DNA of 32,000 nucleotides, from contig NZ_AP027204.1 of the NCBI RefSeq assembly GCF_027944005.1, positions 2,425,249 to 2,457,248 on the forward strand, in the 5' to 3' direction. The position numbers and the translations under genes are program-made. Shown here one piece after another: positions 1 to 7,873 of this stretch; within the stretch, counting starts at the first letter, position 1, and each line of letters opens with the position of its first letter. The notes under the pieces were generated by a model. It was not told the origin of the DNA. It worked only from the letters and a program-made list of their open reading frames with translations, and made no database searches. The DNA comes from Polynucleobacter sp. SHI8 (GTDB lineage Bacteria > Pseudomonadota > Gammaproteobacteria > Burkholderiales > Burkholderiaceae).

Positions 1-175
1 GATCTAAAACTATATCTCCAGGTTTAGAGAAAGTTTCAATCAAATGGTGAGCTAATGATGGTTTCATCTTAGCCTGATATGAACATACGGAGTGCAGAGG
101 ACTTCCCCAATTTCGTTTAGTGAATGGAAACGATTGATGAGGTAAGTTTTCTTTAAATGATGCCCATGCTTCCAT
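1..175 (-). CDS. DNA methyltransferase, N-terminal part only (continues past the left edge of the window)
   Basis: Not in the ORF track because it is truncated and under 60 aa. My translation from the ATG at 175..173 is MEAWASFKENLPHQSFPFTKRNWGSPLHSVCSYQAKMKPSLAHHLIETFSKPGDIVLD... This is the typical lead-in to AdoMet motif I (VLDPFxGxGT) of N6A/N4C methyltransferases. The ATG lies 2 nt after the TAG of the upstream methyltransferase gene. Confidence 0.5.
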   Translation of the reverse strand, partial: MEAWASFKENLPHQSFPFTKRNWGSPLHSVCSYQAKMKPSLAHHLIETFSKPGDIVLD

Positions 176-177
176 TA

Positions 178-1491
178 CTATTTTACTTTCTTTAAAATTA
201 TTAGCGATTGAGATAACTTGGACTTGTCTTTTGAAAGTCTCGTTCGTAAATGTACTGTTTCAAGGTGAGCTAGACCAAGATCAATTCCGATATTTGCGAG
301 AATGTCATGTGTAGGTACATGAACGCCGCCATAGCGGCTATCGCCAATATCGATGCATATCGCACTGCCAATATTGCAGTTTTTTGCTAATCCCAAAATA
401 ACTTGTGTCATATCCTCAAAATAACCAGCTACCATTCGAGGAATCCTTGAATCGTATGCATTTTCTTGCAACTCTCCGACTAAATTTTTTACCGATTCAT
501 TTATATTTATACGACCTTGGCTTTTTCCAACATCATTTATTCCAGATGTAATTGCTTGATCTCTAAAAGACCTTAGCGTGCTTTCTCCAACCAAAAACTT
601 AGCATACCAAAGTTCCAATTTTGTATTTCTAAAATAGTTGGTTCCGTTCAAATAAGGTGGACTGGTAATGACACCATCGGCATGGAAATTCTTACCGGTA
701 ATTAGACTTTTTGCATTCGGTGAAAGTAAGCTACTTTTGCCAATTAAATCTGGAGAATTGAAACAATCATTTGAGATTACGAGAAGGTGCTTTGCAACTT
801 CATCGAGTAAATTTGGAACACCTTTTGCTAATTCTTTTTCCGTCTTGTATCTGACATCTCCTGCGCGCTTTAAAAGAGAGCAGGAGATTATCTTTGACAT
901 TACGGATACCGTTAAACATTCACCTAATATTGGCGATGTTTCCAATAAGTTGTCATTCAACGTTCTTAATTTCAACAAATCACTAAAAGTATTTTCGTCA
1001 AAAAAAACACTCTCACCAAAATTATCCTTGTAACTTTTTTCTAAAACACTATTTTTCTTTGAAGATTTAATCTGTGTTGATAAATTCTGACTTAGCTCAT
1101 TCAAGTCATTTGCTAATTTTTCTTTGTCATATTTTTTCAAATTTCCAAATTTCATTTTGGCTGAAATAATGAGGCGCATTGCTGGATTTACCTCACAATA
1201 TCCGCATTCAATATTCATGCCAGAAAGAACGACTGGTGCAGTTCCCGTTCCAGCGAATGGTTCAATTATTCGCTTTGCATTTGGCATAAATTCAGAAAGA
1301 ATGTGTTTCACAAATTCTGATGAAAATCCCTCCAGATAAGGATACCAATCGTGAAATGGTTCCCCTTTCCCACCACGGTGTGTTGTATGAATTGGGGCAA
1401 TGATCTTTTCACCTGAATTATCATCAATTAGTGATAATTGATTTCCGAGTAGTGCTTTTTTCAAGTGATTACCTTTCTTTTCGAGACTCAA
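178..1491 (-). CDS. N6-adenine/N4-cytosine DNA methyltransferase. Motif I comes first, then a long variable region, then motif IV.
   Basis: 437-aa ORF. Motif I is IIEPFAGTGTAPV and catalytic motif IV is VITSPPYLNGTNYF (SPPY). About 200 aa separate them, which is candidate target-recognition-domain spacing. Confidence 0.8.
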   Translation of the reverse strand: MSLEKKGNHLKKALLGNQLSLIDDNSGEKIIAPIHTTHRGGKGEPFHDWYPYLEGFSSEFVKHILSEFMPNAKRIIEPFAGTGTAPVVLSGMNIECGYCEVNPAMRLIISAKMKFGNLKKYDKEKLANDLNELSQNLSTQIKSSKKNSVLEKSYKDNFGESVFFDENTFSDLLKLRTLNDNLLETSPILGECLTVSVMSKIISCSLLKRAGDVRYKTEKELAKGVPNLLDEVAKHLLVISNDCFNSPDLIGKSSLLSPNAKSLITGKNFHADGVITSPPYLNGTNYFRNTKLELWYAKFLVGESTLRSFRDQAITSGINDVGKSQGRININESVKNLVGELQENAYDSRIPRMVAGYFEDMTQVILGLAKNCNIGSAICIDIGDSRYGGVHVPTHDILANIGIDLGLAHLETVHLRTRLSKDKSKLSQSLIILKKVK

Positions 1492-1499
1492 ATTTGTTG

Positions 1500-1709
1500 C
1501 TATTTATTAGAATTGGAATGGGTTTCAAAATCAATGACGTCGTCAGACTTGTCTGAATAAGATTTTTTTGAATAATATTCAGATATTAGAATTTCAATCA
1601 TATTCGCCATACTTCGTCGTTCATTTTTTGCAATGACTCGAAGTGCAAATTTGACTTGTCTAGAAACTCGTAAATTTAATGTTTCGGTTTTATTTTCAAT
1701 CTGAGTCAT
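1500..1709 (-). CDS. Ribbon-helix-helix (CopG/Arc-like) DNA-binding protein, probable regulator of the downstream methyltransferase genes
   Basis: 69 aa. LNLRVSRQVKFALRVIAKNERRSMANMIEILISEYY fits the beta-strand, helix, helix RHH pattern. It sits 8 nt upstream of the methyltransferase start on the same strand. A perfect palindrome lies 33 nt upstream of its ATG. Confidence 0.6.
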   Translation of the reverse strand: MTQIENKTETLNLRVSRQVKFALRVIAKNERRSMANMIEILISEYYSKKSYSDKSDDVIDFETHSNSNK

Positions 1710-1741
1710 TTTTGGTATAACTTAAAGTTAGCATAACAAAC

Positions 1742-1768
1742 ATTGTGCGTTACATTGTAACGCACAAT
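1742..1768. promoter_or_regulatory. Perfect 13-bp inverted repeat with a 1-nt spacer; candidate operator
   Basis: ATTGTGCGTTACA-T-TGTAACGCACAAT read directly from the sequence. It lies just upstream of the RHH gene start at 1709 (minus strand). Confidence 0.55.
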
Positions 1769-2134
1769 TGTATTTTGAAGTGTCGATTGCCTTCAATCTT
1801 TCCAGATAATTATTTAGTACGGCTCTGCAATTGCCCGTCAATTTATCTGCACCACCTTTTCCCCATCTCGCTAAAAACGCCAAGATTTGCATGTCTGCGA
1901 ATCAATACAAGCATTCCCCTTCGGGATTTTCTGCAATCGGTTCTATCTTCGTTGCGACTGCGATTTTGACAAATTGCTTGCATTGCTTCTTGTGCAGCCA
2001 TGCCATTCGTAGCTTAGGCGAAACGACTCAAAAATGATGCAGATAAACGAGTTGTGAAGTCTGCAAAAACAGAGCAAGTCAAAATCAACTTCAGGCTCAA
2101 CCAGCCTAAAAACGATACGAAAGCAGAGAACATC

Positions 2135-2641
2135 ATGAGCACATTTTTCGCACAGCCTTATAGCTTGGACGCAGTTGGTTTTTACTTTGATACTTTGGAT
2201 GCATACACCGAGAAATCAGAAAATATGCTGGACACCTTCGGCAATCCTATAGAAGAGTTTGAAATTCAATTCATAGATGGTGAGGACTGCGAGTTATTTT
2301 CGGCTTGTAGGATTAACCAGGCCAATTTAAACCTATGGTTTGAAACTATTGCCGATTTAGCCGAGCATGAAAAAACAGCTTTGTATTACTTGTGCAGTGT
2401 TTCAAGCTATAACTTGGAAACTGCTTTGGATAAGTTGGAAGAAGTGAATTTGTCCGAAGGTAATTTGAAAGACGTAGCTGAAATTCTCTTTGACGAATTT
2501 TACCTAAACGATGTACCCGAATCAGTGCGTGCTTATATTGATTATGAAAAATATGCGCGGGATTGTGAAATAGGTGGTGACTTATACGAGTTTGATTTTA
2601 ACGGCACAACCTGGACATGCACAAACGCATCAGGCGTATAA
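2135..2641 (+). CDS. ardA: ArdA-like antirestriction protein (acidic DNA-mimic family)
   Basis: The ORF track starts at GTG 2054. The ATG at 2135 (MSTFFAQPY...) is more plausible. The protein is strongly acidic. Its C-terminal YIDYEKYARDCEIGGDLYEF resembles the conserved ArdA C-terminal block YIDYxAYGRDL as I remember it from Tn916 Orf18. Confidence 0.55.
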   Translation: MSTFFAQPYSLDAVGFYFDTLDAYTEKSENMLDTFGNPIEEFEIQFIDGEDCELFSACRINQANLNLWFETIADLAEHEKTALYYLCSVSSYNLETALDKLEEVNLSEGNLKDVAEILFDEFYLNDVPESVRAYIDYEKYARDCEIGGDLYEFDFNGTTWTCTNASGV

Positions 2642-2646
2642 AAAAA

Positions 2647-2668
2647 GCCTACTGCACCAGCGGTAGGC
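2647..2668 (+). terminator. Hairpin downstream of the ardA-like gene
   Basis: GCCTAC-tgcaccagcg-GTAGGC starts 6 nt after the stop codon. The downstream U-tract is weak (AATATATTTA). Confidence 0.3.
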
Positions 2669-2697
2669 AATATATTTACCACCTAAAAAATGAGTCG

Positions 2698-2728
2698 AAA
2701 ATCGTACAAAAAATCGGCTTAAAAATCG
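2698..2728 (+). repeat. Three phased direct repeats of AAAATCG with exact 12-bp periodicity; iteron-like
   Basis: AAAATCG occurs at 2698, 2710 and 2722, about 100 bp upstream of the replicase gene. Confidence 0.5.
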
Positions 2729-2738
2729 CGGTAAATTG

Positions 2739-2758
2739 ATCAGAAATATATTTCTGAT
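2739..2758. promoter_or_regulatory. 20-bp perfect palindrome upstream of the replicase gene
   Basis: ATCAGAAATA|TATTTCTGAT read directly from the sequence. It lies between the iteron-like repeats and the rep start at 2830. Confidence 0.45.
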
Positions 2759-2829
2759 TATGTAGAAAATAGACTTGACTTGTCCCTCCGAATTTTGTTT
2801 GTTGGTAGTAACAACAACAAAAAGAACGG

Positions 2830-3789
2830 ATGAGCCAACAACTAGAAGATTTTTATTCTCACCTAAATGAAGCAGTCATGACCACCAATGATTTTTCGGA
2901 AGGTATCAAATTTCGTAAGCGCGAAAAGGTCGATCAGTTTTCCTATTGCGGACTGAATCAAATGTATAAGCATTACCTTAGCTTCGACTTGGATATTCCT
3001 GGTTCAGCATATCGTTTTGATGATTTGAATTTGCCGACACCAACCATTATTACAATTAATCCGACGAATGCTCATTGCCATTATCTGTACCACTTAAAAA
3101 CGCCCGTTGCATACCATAACAATAGCCGTACAGGTCCTCAGGATTATTTTGAAGCTATTCAAAAAGAAATGGAAAATCGCCTTCGAGCCGATACCGCCTA
3201 CAATCATACGATTACCAAGAATCCATTAAACGACCGCTGGCGTGTGCAAACATTTCCGACTAGCTATGACCTATCCGATTTTTTAGAATATATTGACCTT
3301 CCTAAAAGGGGAACAGTTCGCAAACTACCTGATAATTTAATGATCAAAGGTCGTAATGATGAGTTGTTCCATACCTTGCGTTTATGGGCATATATTGCGG
3401 TGCATAACTTTGCCGATGGTGATCGCTGGGATATGGAGGTATTTGCTGAAGCAATGGAAATCAACAGTTTATTTGATAAGCCGTTGCCGATGTCTGAAAT
3501 TAAAAGCACTGCAAAATCGGTTTCCCGTGGGGTTTGGCGATACCGTCATCAGTTAGGCAACCATACGCCCAAAGTGCTCAAATTTACCGATGAAACAGCC
3601 ACACAACGCATGAGTTTGGGAGCTGAATACACCAATGCTATTCGTGTAAAAAAAACGCTAGAAACCTTACAAAAAGCAAAAAATGAATTGCAGATGATGG
3701 GGAACTCTAAGATCAGTATTTCAAGGTTGGTAGAACATACAGGAATGAATATCAAGACTGTTCGCAAGTACTTTCCACAACTGTATTAA
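2830..3789 (+). CDS. Plasmid/phage-type replication initiator (replicase/primase-like, with a C-terminal HTH)
   Basis: 319 aa. The block LSFDLDIPG...PTPTIITINPTNAHCHYLYHLKTPV resembles the conserved core of the plasmid 'Replicase' family. ELFHTLRLWAY resembles a PriCT-1-type segment. The C-terminal ISRLVEHTGMNIKTVRKYF looks like an HTH. Confidence 0.5.
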   Translation: MSQQLEDFYSHLNEAVMTTNDFSEGIKFRKREKVDQFSYCGLNQMYKHYLSFDLDIPGSAYRFDDLNLPTPTIITINPTNAHCHYLYHLKTPVAYHNNSRTGPQDYFEAIQKEMENRLRADTAYNHTITKNPLNDRWRVQTFPTSYDLSDFLEYIDLPKRGTVRKLPDNLMIKGRNDELFHTLRLWAYIAVHNFADGDRWDMEVFAEAMEINSLFDKPLPMSEIKSTAKSVSRGVWRYRHQLGNHTPKVLKFTDETATQRMSLGAEYTNAIRVKKTLETLQKAKNELQMMGNSKISISRLVEHTGMNIKTVRKYFPQLY

Positions 3790-4064
3790 TAAAAAATTTT
3801 TGTTGACCGTTACGCCCTACCATCAGGTAATTAGCCCAGATAGCTTGACCCGCCAGAGCGCATCGAACCATAGGAAAGATCCGCAATCAGCAAATATAGA
3901 GAAATAGCCCGTGGGCTACCAAGAAATGTAATGCGGTACATGAATAAGACGGAATAGAAAGATAATAAACAAGAGAAATAAAATGGAAAATGGCCAACCC
4001 AACGATTGACCATTTTATTTTTGAACCACATTTCATTTAATCAGATGCCACTCTTTTTGAAAAA

Positions 4065-4355
4065 TCACTCGCAATTGATTTCATCAATTAAGTCGTCGAT
4101 GGCATAAGGTACTCCACCGGAGGAGCCGAAAAATTCTTCCATTTCTTCCTCACTGAAACCAAATGCTGAGATTAGCAATTGCTCTGAAATAAATTGGTTA
4201 ATATTGTTGGTAAACAATTCCATCAAATCTGAAAAGTTCATCGTATCATCAAACGAATCATAGGCATTTGAAAATGCATTGTCTGCAATTTTGGCTAAAA
4301 ATTTCGTGGTAATACTTGGAATAATTTGTGCTTCAATAAATTCTGCTGAGTTCAT
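4065..4355 (-). CDS. Small, highly acidic hypothetical protein; candidate anti-defence or DNA-mimic protein
   Basis: 96 aa, rich in D/E/F (EEEMEEFF, IDDLIDEI). It lies 32 nt downstream of the ParB-methylase gene on the same strand. Confidence 0.5.
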   Translation of the reverse strand: MNSAEFIEAQIIPSITTKFLAKIADNAFSNAYDSFDDTMNFSDLMELFTNNINQFISEQLLISAFGFSEEEMEEFFGSSGGVPYAIDDLIDEINCE

Positions 4356-4387
4356 TTTTTTTCTCCTAAGTTATTTTGAATAATTGT

Positions 4388-5638
4388 TTATGCTGCTTGT
4401 TTTTCTGAAAAATAGACATCGTCATTTTCAGCATTAATCATTTGCATTACTGGGCTTAAAATTTGATCGTCAGTGATGCATTCATTGCCGAAGCCATTCC
4501 AGTTTTTTCGTGGAATTCCGCGACAAAATAATTCAATTTTGTTTGATAATTCAGGGTACATACTCTCAATCATCTCGTAGCAATAATCAGGTTTACGACT
4601 GTGCTCACGACGACGGAATGTAAATACTGATCCTGGTCGTGCGGTTGGAGGTACTTCTGGCAATTTACCGCGAGTCGCAATTAATAAAATTTCATGCTGC
4701 ACTCGCACATAACAGCCTTGCCCAGCGGACATTTTGTCCCAAATGGATTGGGTCTTATAGGTAAATCCCCATGCATCAATCACTGCCAATGCTTCACGAA
4801 TTAGGGATGCAGAGCACCACAAAAACAAAACGGCATCTTCGGCTGCAATGTCATTGACAGGCATCGCACAAATATCTTCCAAAGTCATCGTTGGATATCC
4901 AACTGCGACCTCACCCATGTAATCCCATGGTGGATCAGCCAAAATCACGTTATATGGTCCTGCACGTGGATCAAGTGGTTTATTGTTAGCCCGCTTTGCT
5001 TCGATTTCTTCCAAAATCTGAGAACGACGAGCTTCAGTTTTTGCTTTGCGAAGTGCTTTTGCTTTTTCCAAAATTTCCTTCTCTGAAAGTTCAAGCACTT
5101 TGTTTTGAGCGTGTTCAGGCAATGTCGCAATGACGGCAGCATTACTGACATTCAATTGACCATCATCAACAGCTTTAATTAATTCGGCTGAGCCAAGATT
5201 CAATACCGATTTAGCCCGTTGCAATGAATCAACGGATACCTTCAAATCCAATGCAGCCTGTTTTTGAGATACTGTACCTGGTGTGTATTGATTGCCACCG
5301 ATGTATGAATTTGCCATACGAGCTGCAATCATTGCTCGTTGTCCTTCTTCAAGATGGCGACGGTGAAAGTTAAGACTGTTAAGAAGCCGCTCAATTGGTT
5401 CATTTGTTTCAGGTAGCTCACATAAAATTGGCGTGATCCCTAACTCTCGGCATGCACGATAGCGAGCGCGACCATCTAACAAGTAGCCGTTTTGTACGAT
5501 AATTGGCACTTGCTGACCATTGATGCGGATATCTTCTTTTAATTTCAAAAAAGCATCCGTGGTCATTTCTGGGAATAAATATGCTGCTTCATGGATTTTC
5601 ATGGCAGGTTGAATTACTGTGGTTTTGATTGTGTTCAT
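4388..5638 (-). CDS. ParB-like N-terminal domain fused to an MT-A70-family adenine methyltransferase
   Basis: The N-terminus has VPIIVQNGYLLDGRARYRACRELGI (ParB/Srx-type). The C-terminus has VILADPPWDY (the DPPW catalytic motif of MT-A70 family enzymes). Confidence 0.8.
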   Translation of the reverse strand: MNTIKTTVIQPAMKIHEAAYLFPEMTTDAFLKLKEDIRINGQQVPIIVQNGYLLDGRARYRACRELGITPILCELPETNEPIERLLNSLNFHRRHLEEGQRAMIAARMANSYIGGNQYTPGTVSQKQAALDLKVSVDSLQRAKSVLNLGSAELIKAVDDGQLNVSNAAVIATLPEHAQNKVLELSEKEILEKAKALRKAKTEARRSQILEEIEAKRANNKPLDPRAGPYNVILADPPWDYMGEVAVGYPTMTLEDICAMPVNDIAAEDAVLFLWCSASLIREALAVIDAWGFTYKTQSIWDKMSAGQGCYVRVQHEILLIATRGKLPEVPPTARPGSVFTFRRREHSRKPDYCYEMIESMYPELSNKIELFCRGIPRKNWNGFGNECITDDQILSPVMQMINAENDDVYFSEKQAA

Positions 5639-5785
5639 AAATTCTCCGTAAGTTAGGTTTAATTTTTATCTCGTCAGCGCTGATTCGATAGTGTGATTAA
5701 AACATTTACGGAAATTTTTAATAATTGGCTGGATTTTTGCATTTTCCAGCCACCCCTTGACATTTTTAATGTGTGAGACCAAGGA

Positions 5786-6658
5786 ATGGCAGATAAAAAA
5801 AGTGATAAAAAAAGCACTAAAGATAGTAAGTTGACCGTTTTTAATTCGATGCGAGCCGCTGCTTGGGTAAATGATCTCAAGCGTAGAACTGAGGTTGAGA
5901 GTGATAAGGCGTTACTAAAAGCCATTCCAACCATCCAAGATTTGGAAGTTCGGTTTGGACGATACTTATCAGGTATCCATCTTCCCTCTGGAATGATTAG
6001 AAATGCTATTCATGCCTATGCGCCTGTAAAGAAATCACGCTTCGTCTTTGAATTCGGTCCTGAAGATCAAGGGGAGTTCGTATCGCTTTGGATGCTTTTT
6101 CAGGATCGCTATGACGAATTTTGGACGATCATTGAAGATGTCATTCCCCGATTGCCAACAGATCGGGAAGAAGGGCATTATGGACGGATTGATCGCATTG
6201 CAGCCATTTTCTGTGCAACTGATACTTGGGCGGATATTCGCGTTAAACGAGCCTATTCGTTTGAAATGAATAATCCAGTTCAAGTCTATATGAATGAATT
6301 TCAGGTGATGCCTGAATTGCGATTTTTGGCAGCAGTGATCGCTATTTGGCGATTGAGCATGTTAGTGCGGGAAGGGGAGGAAGCGACTGAATATTTGTTA
6401 CATTGCTTATTGACTGGTCCTTATGTGCAGGTTTTAGAAAAACATGGAATTTATGAACATGTTTGCTTTCTGGTTCACGCGTTCGCGGTAAGACATTACT
6501 TGATGCAGGGGCAGACGAGCCTTGCAGCGAAAATTTTTTCTGACATATATCAACCGACACAAAAACGCATGGAAATTCAAAAAAGTGAAAAAAGTAGCGA
6601 TCTACCAGACTCTACAAAGGCTGTTTTTTCGTTTTGGAATTCTTCGGTGCTAAAGTAG
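5786..6658 (+). CDS. Hypothetical protein
   Basis: 290-aa ORF with a Lys-rich N-terminus. It is transcribed divergently from the ParB-methylase gene. I recognised no motif. Confidence 0.55.
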   Translation: MADKKSDKKSTKDSKLTVFNSMRAAAWVNDLKRRTEVESDKALLKAIPTIQDLEVRFGRYLSGIHLPSGMIRNAIHAYAPVKKSRFVFEFGPEDQGEFVSLWMLFQDRYDEFWTIIEDVIPRLPTDREEGHYGRIDRIAAIFCATDTWADIRVKRAYSFEMNNPVQVYMNEFQVMPELRFLAAVIAIWRLSMLVREGEEATEYLLHCLLTGPYVQVLEKHGIYEHVCFLVHAFAVRHYLMQGQTSLAAKIFSDIYQPTQKRMEIQKSEKSSDLPDSTKAVFSFWNSSVLK

Positions 6659-7790
6659 TTTTCAATTTTTTTTGAAGTTCATATTTTTCAATGAGATTTT
6701 TGAATATGCTTTGACCATGCCCGTGTTTTTCTTCAACGGCATTTGCAATTTGTCGTGCAGTCATTTGATGATTATTTGGCTTGTCAACACTGATGCCCAA
6801 ATCAAGTACGCAAGTGAGTAGACACCCATAGCTGACTGTGCATTGCTCATAAGGACGGATCTGGTAAATTTCGCCTTTGGTATCTGCTAACAGATGAGAA
6901 CTATTGCCGTGAAATAATTCCTGTCTTTGATCGTCGTAGATATGGCATAGTTGATTTAAATTGACACCGTATTCTTCGGTCAGCTCAAAGGCATAAATCA
7001 ACGCATTTTCTTTCAATGAGCAGAAGTCATTTTCTACTAACTGCTGCCAAAACCATTGTGTGATATTGAAGCCCTTGCGAATTAGTTCATGCTCTAGTTC
7101 ATCTGCGATATCTTTGGCTAATTCTTCACTATGCAAAAGTGCCGACCTGAAAAATTGCAACAGCACTTCTGGTATGGCAACGTCTTTCCACTTCTCATAA
7201 ATTTCTCTTGCTTTAATAATAGAGTCAGCAATTGCAATGCTGAAATTGCCATGTGCAATGAGTGACTCATTGATTGTTGAAATAGTCTCTTTTGTCATGT
7301 CGGATGGGTGAAATGACAAGGTAGGAATTTCGACCAATGAATACTGTGAAGGCTCACATTCCTCCTTTACAGACTTGAAAAATCCAACCAATTGATCGTC
7401 TACCTTCATGACAGGAATTTGCATTTTCCATATTTCGGCAATGTCACCAAATTGAACATCAGAATTTTGATTCGCAGTGACGGATGCAGAAAACATAGGC
7501 ACGATATGGGAAATAATCCATTCGTATAAAGTACCCAGATGATATTTTATGGAAGCAGGGTGAGAGCCTTGAATTCGCCACTGTTCAATCGTTGCCACTG
7601 GTTCCCCTAACCAATCTGCCAATGCTGTTTCGTTCGTTAGTCGTGCCGATAGTGAAGTCGATGACTTTGGAGAAGATTTCCGTATCACTACTGGGGACAG
7701 CATCTCGAAAGTTGCACCTAGGTGCGCCATACTGAGCTGGGTATCTGGCGATAATTGCTTGAGCTTGAGTAAAAATTCTAGTGGCGTCAT
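6612..7790 (-). CDS. Hypothetical protein with an N-terminal excisionase/AlpA-like HTH segment
   Basis: 392 aa. LTNETALADWLGEPVATIEQWRIQGSHP resembles MerR/AlpA-type HTH_17 segments. It lies directly downstream of the integrase on the same strand. The rest of the protein is unrecognised. Confidence 0.55.
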   Translation of the reverse strand: MTPLEFLLKLKQLSPDTQLSMAHLGATFEMLSPVVIRKSSPKSSTSLSARLTNETALADWLGEPVATIEQWRIQGSHPASIKYHLGTLYEWIISHIVPMFSASVTANQNSDVQFGDIAEIWKMQIPVMKVDDQLVGFFKSVKEECEPSQYSLVEIPTLSFHPSDMTKETISTINESLIAHGNFSIAIADSIIKAREIYEKWKDVAIPEVLLQFFRSALLHSEELAKDIADELEHELIRKGFNITQWFWQQLVENDFCSLKENALIYAFELTEEYGVNLNQLCHIYDDQRQELFHGNSSHLLADTKGEIYQIRPYEQCTVSYGCLLTCVLDLGISVDKPNNHQMTARQIANAVEEKHGHGQSIFKNLIEKYELQKKLKTTLAPKNSKTKKQPL

Positions 7791-7873
7791 AGTAAATTTA
7801 AGTGTGCTTACCGCTTTGGCGGTAAGCTGTAATGTAAAGGTATTAGTGTTCTTTTGCCGATGGATAGATCATT

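Noticed and set aside
668-1339. Plus-strand ORFs 668..1033 and 1124..1339
   Set aside because: They are fully nested antisense within the well-supported methyltransferase gene and have low-complexity, Ser/Phe/Lys-rich products.
1745-2037. Plus-strand ORFs 1745..1969 and 1831..2037 in the ardA leader
   Set aside because: They overlap each other, have no Shine-Dalgarno sequence, and give Cys/Leu/Ser-rich improbable products. The first starts inside the operator palindrome.
3264-3767. ORFs nested in or antisense to the replicase gene (3264..3509, 3356..3556, 3549..3767)
   Set aside because: They are embedded in a longer ORF that has recognisable replicase motifs.
3831-4031. A 66-aa minus-strand ORF in the region downstream of rep
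   Set aside because: It has no Shine-Dalgarno sequence and an odd composition. The region is more plausibly non-coding (candidate origin or terminator hairpin).
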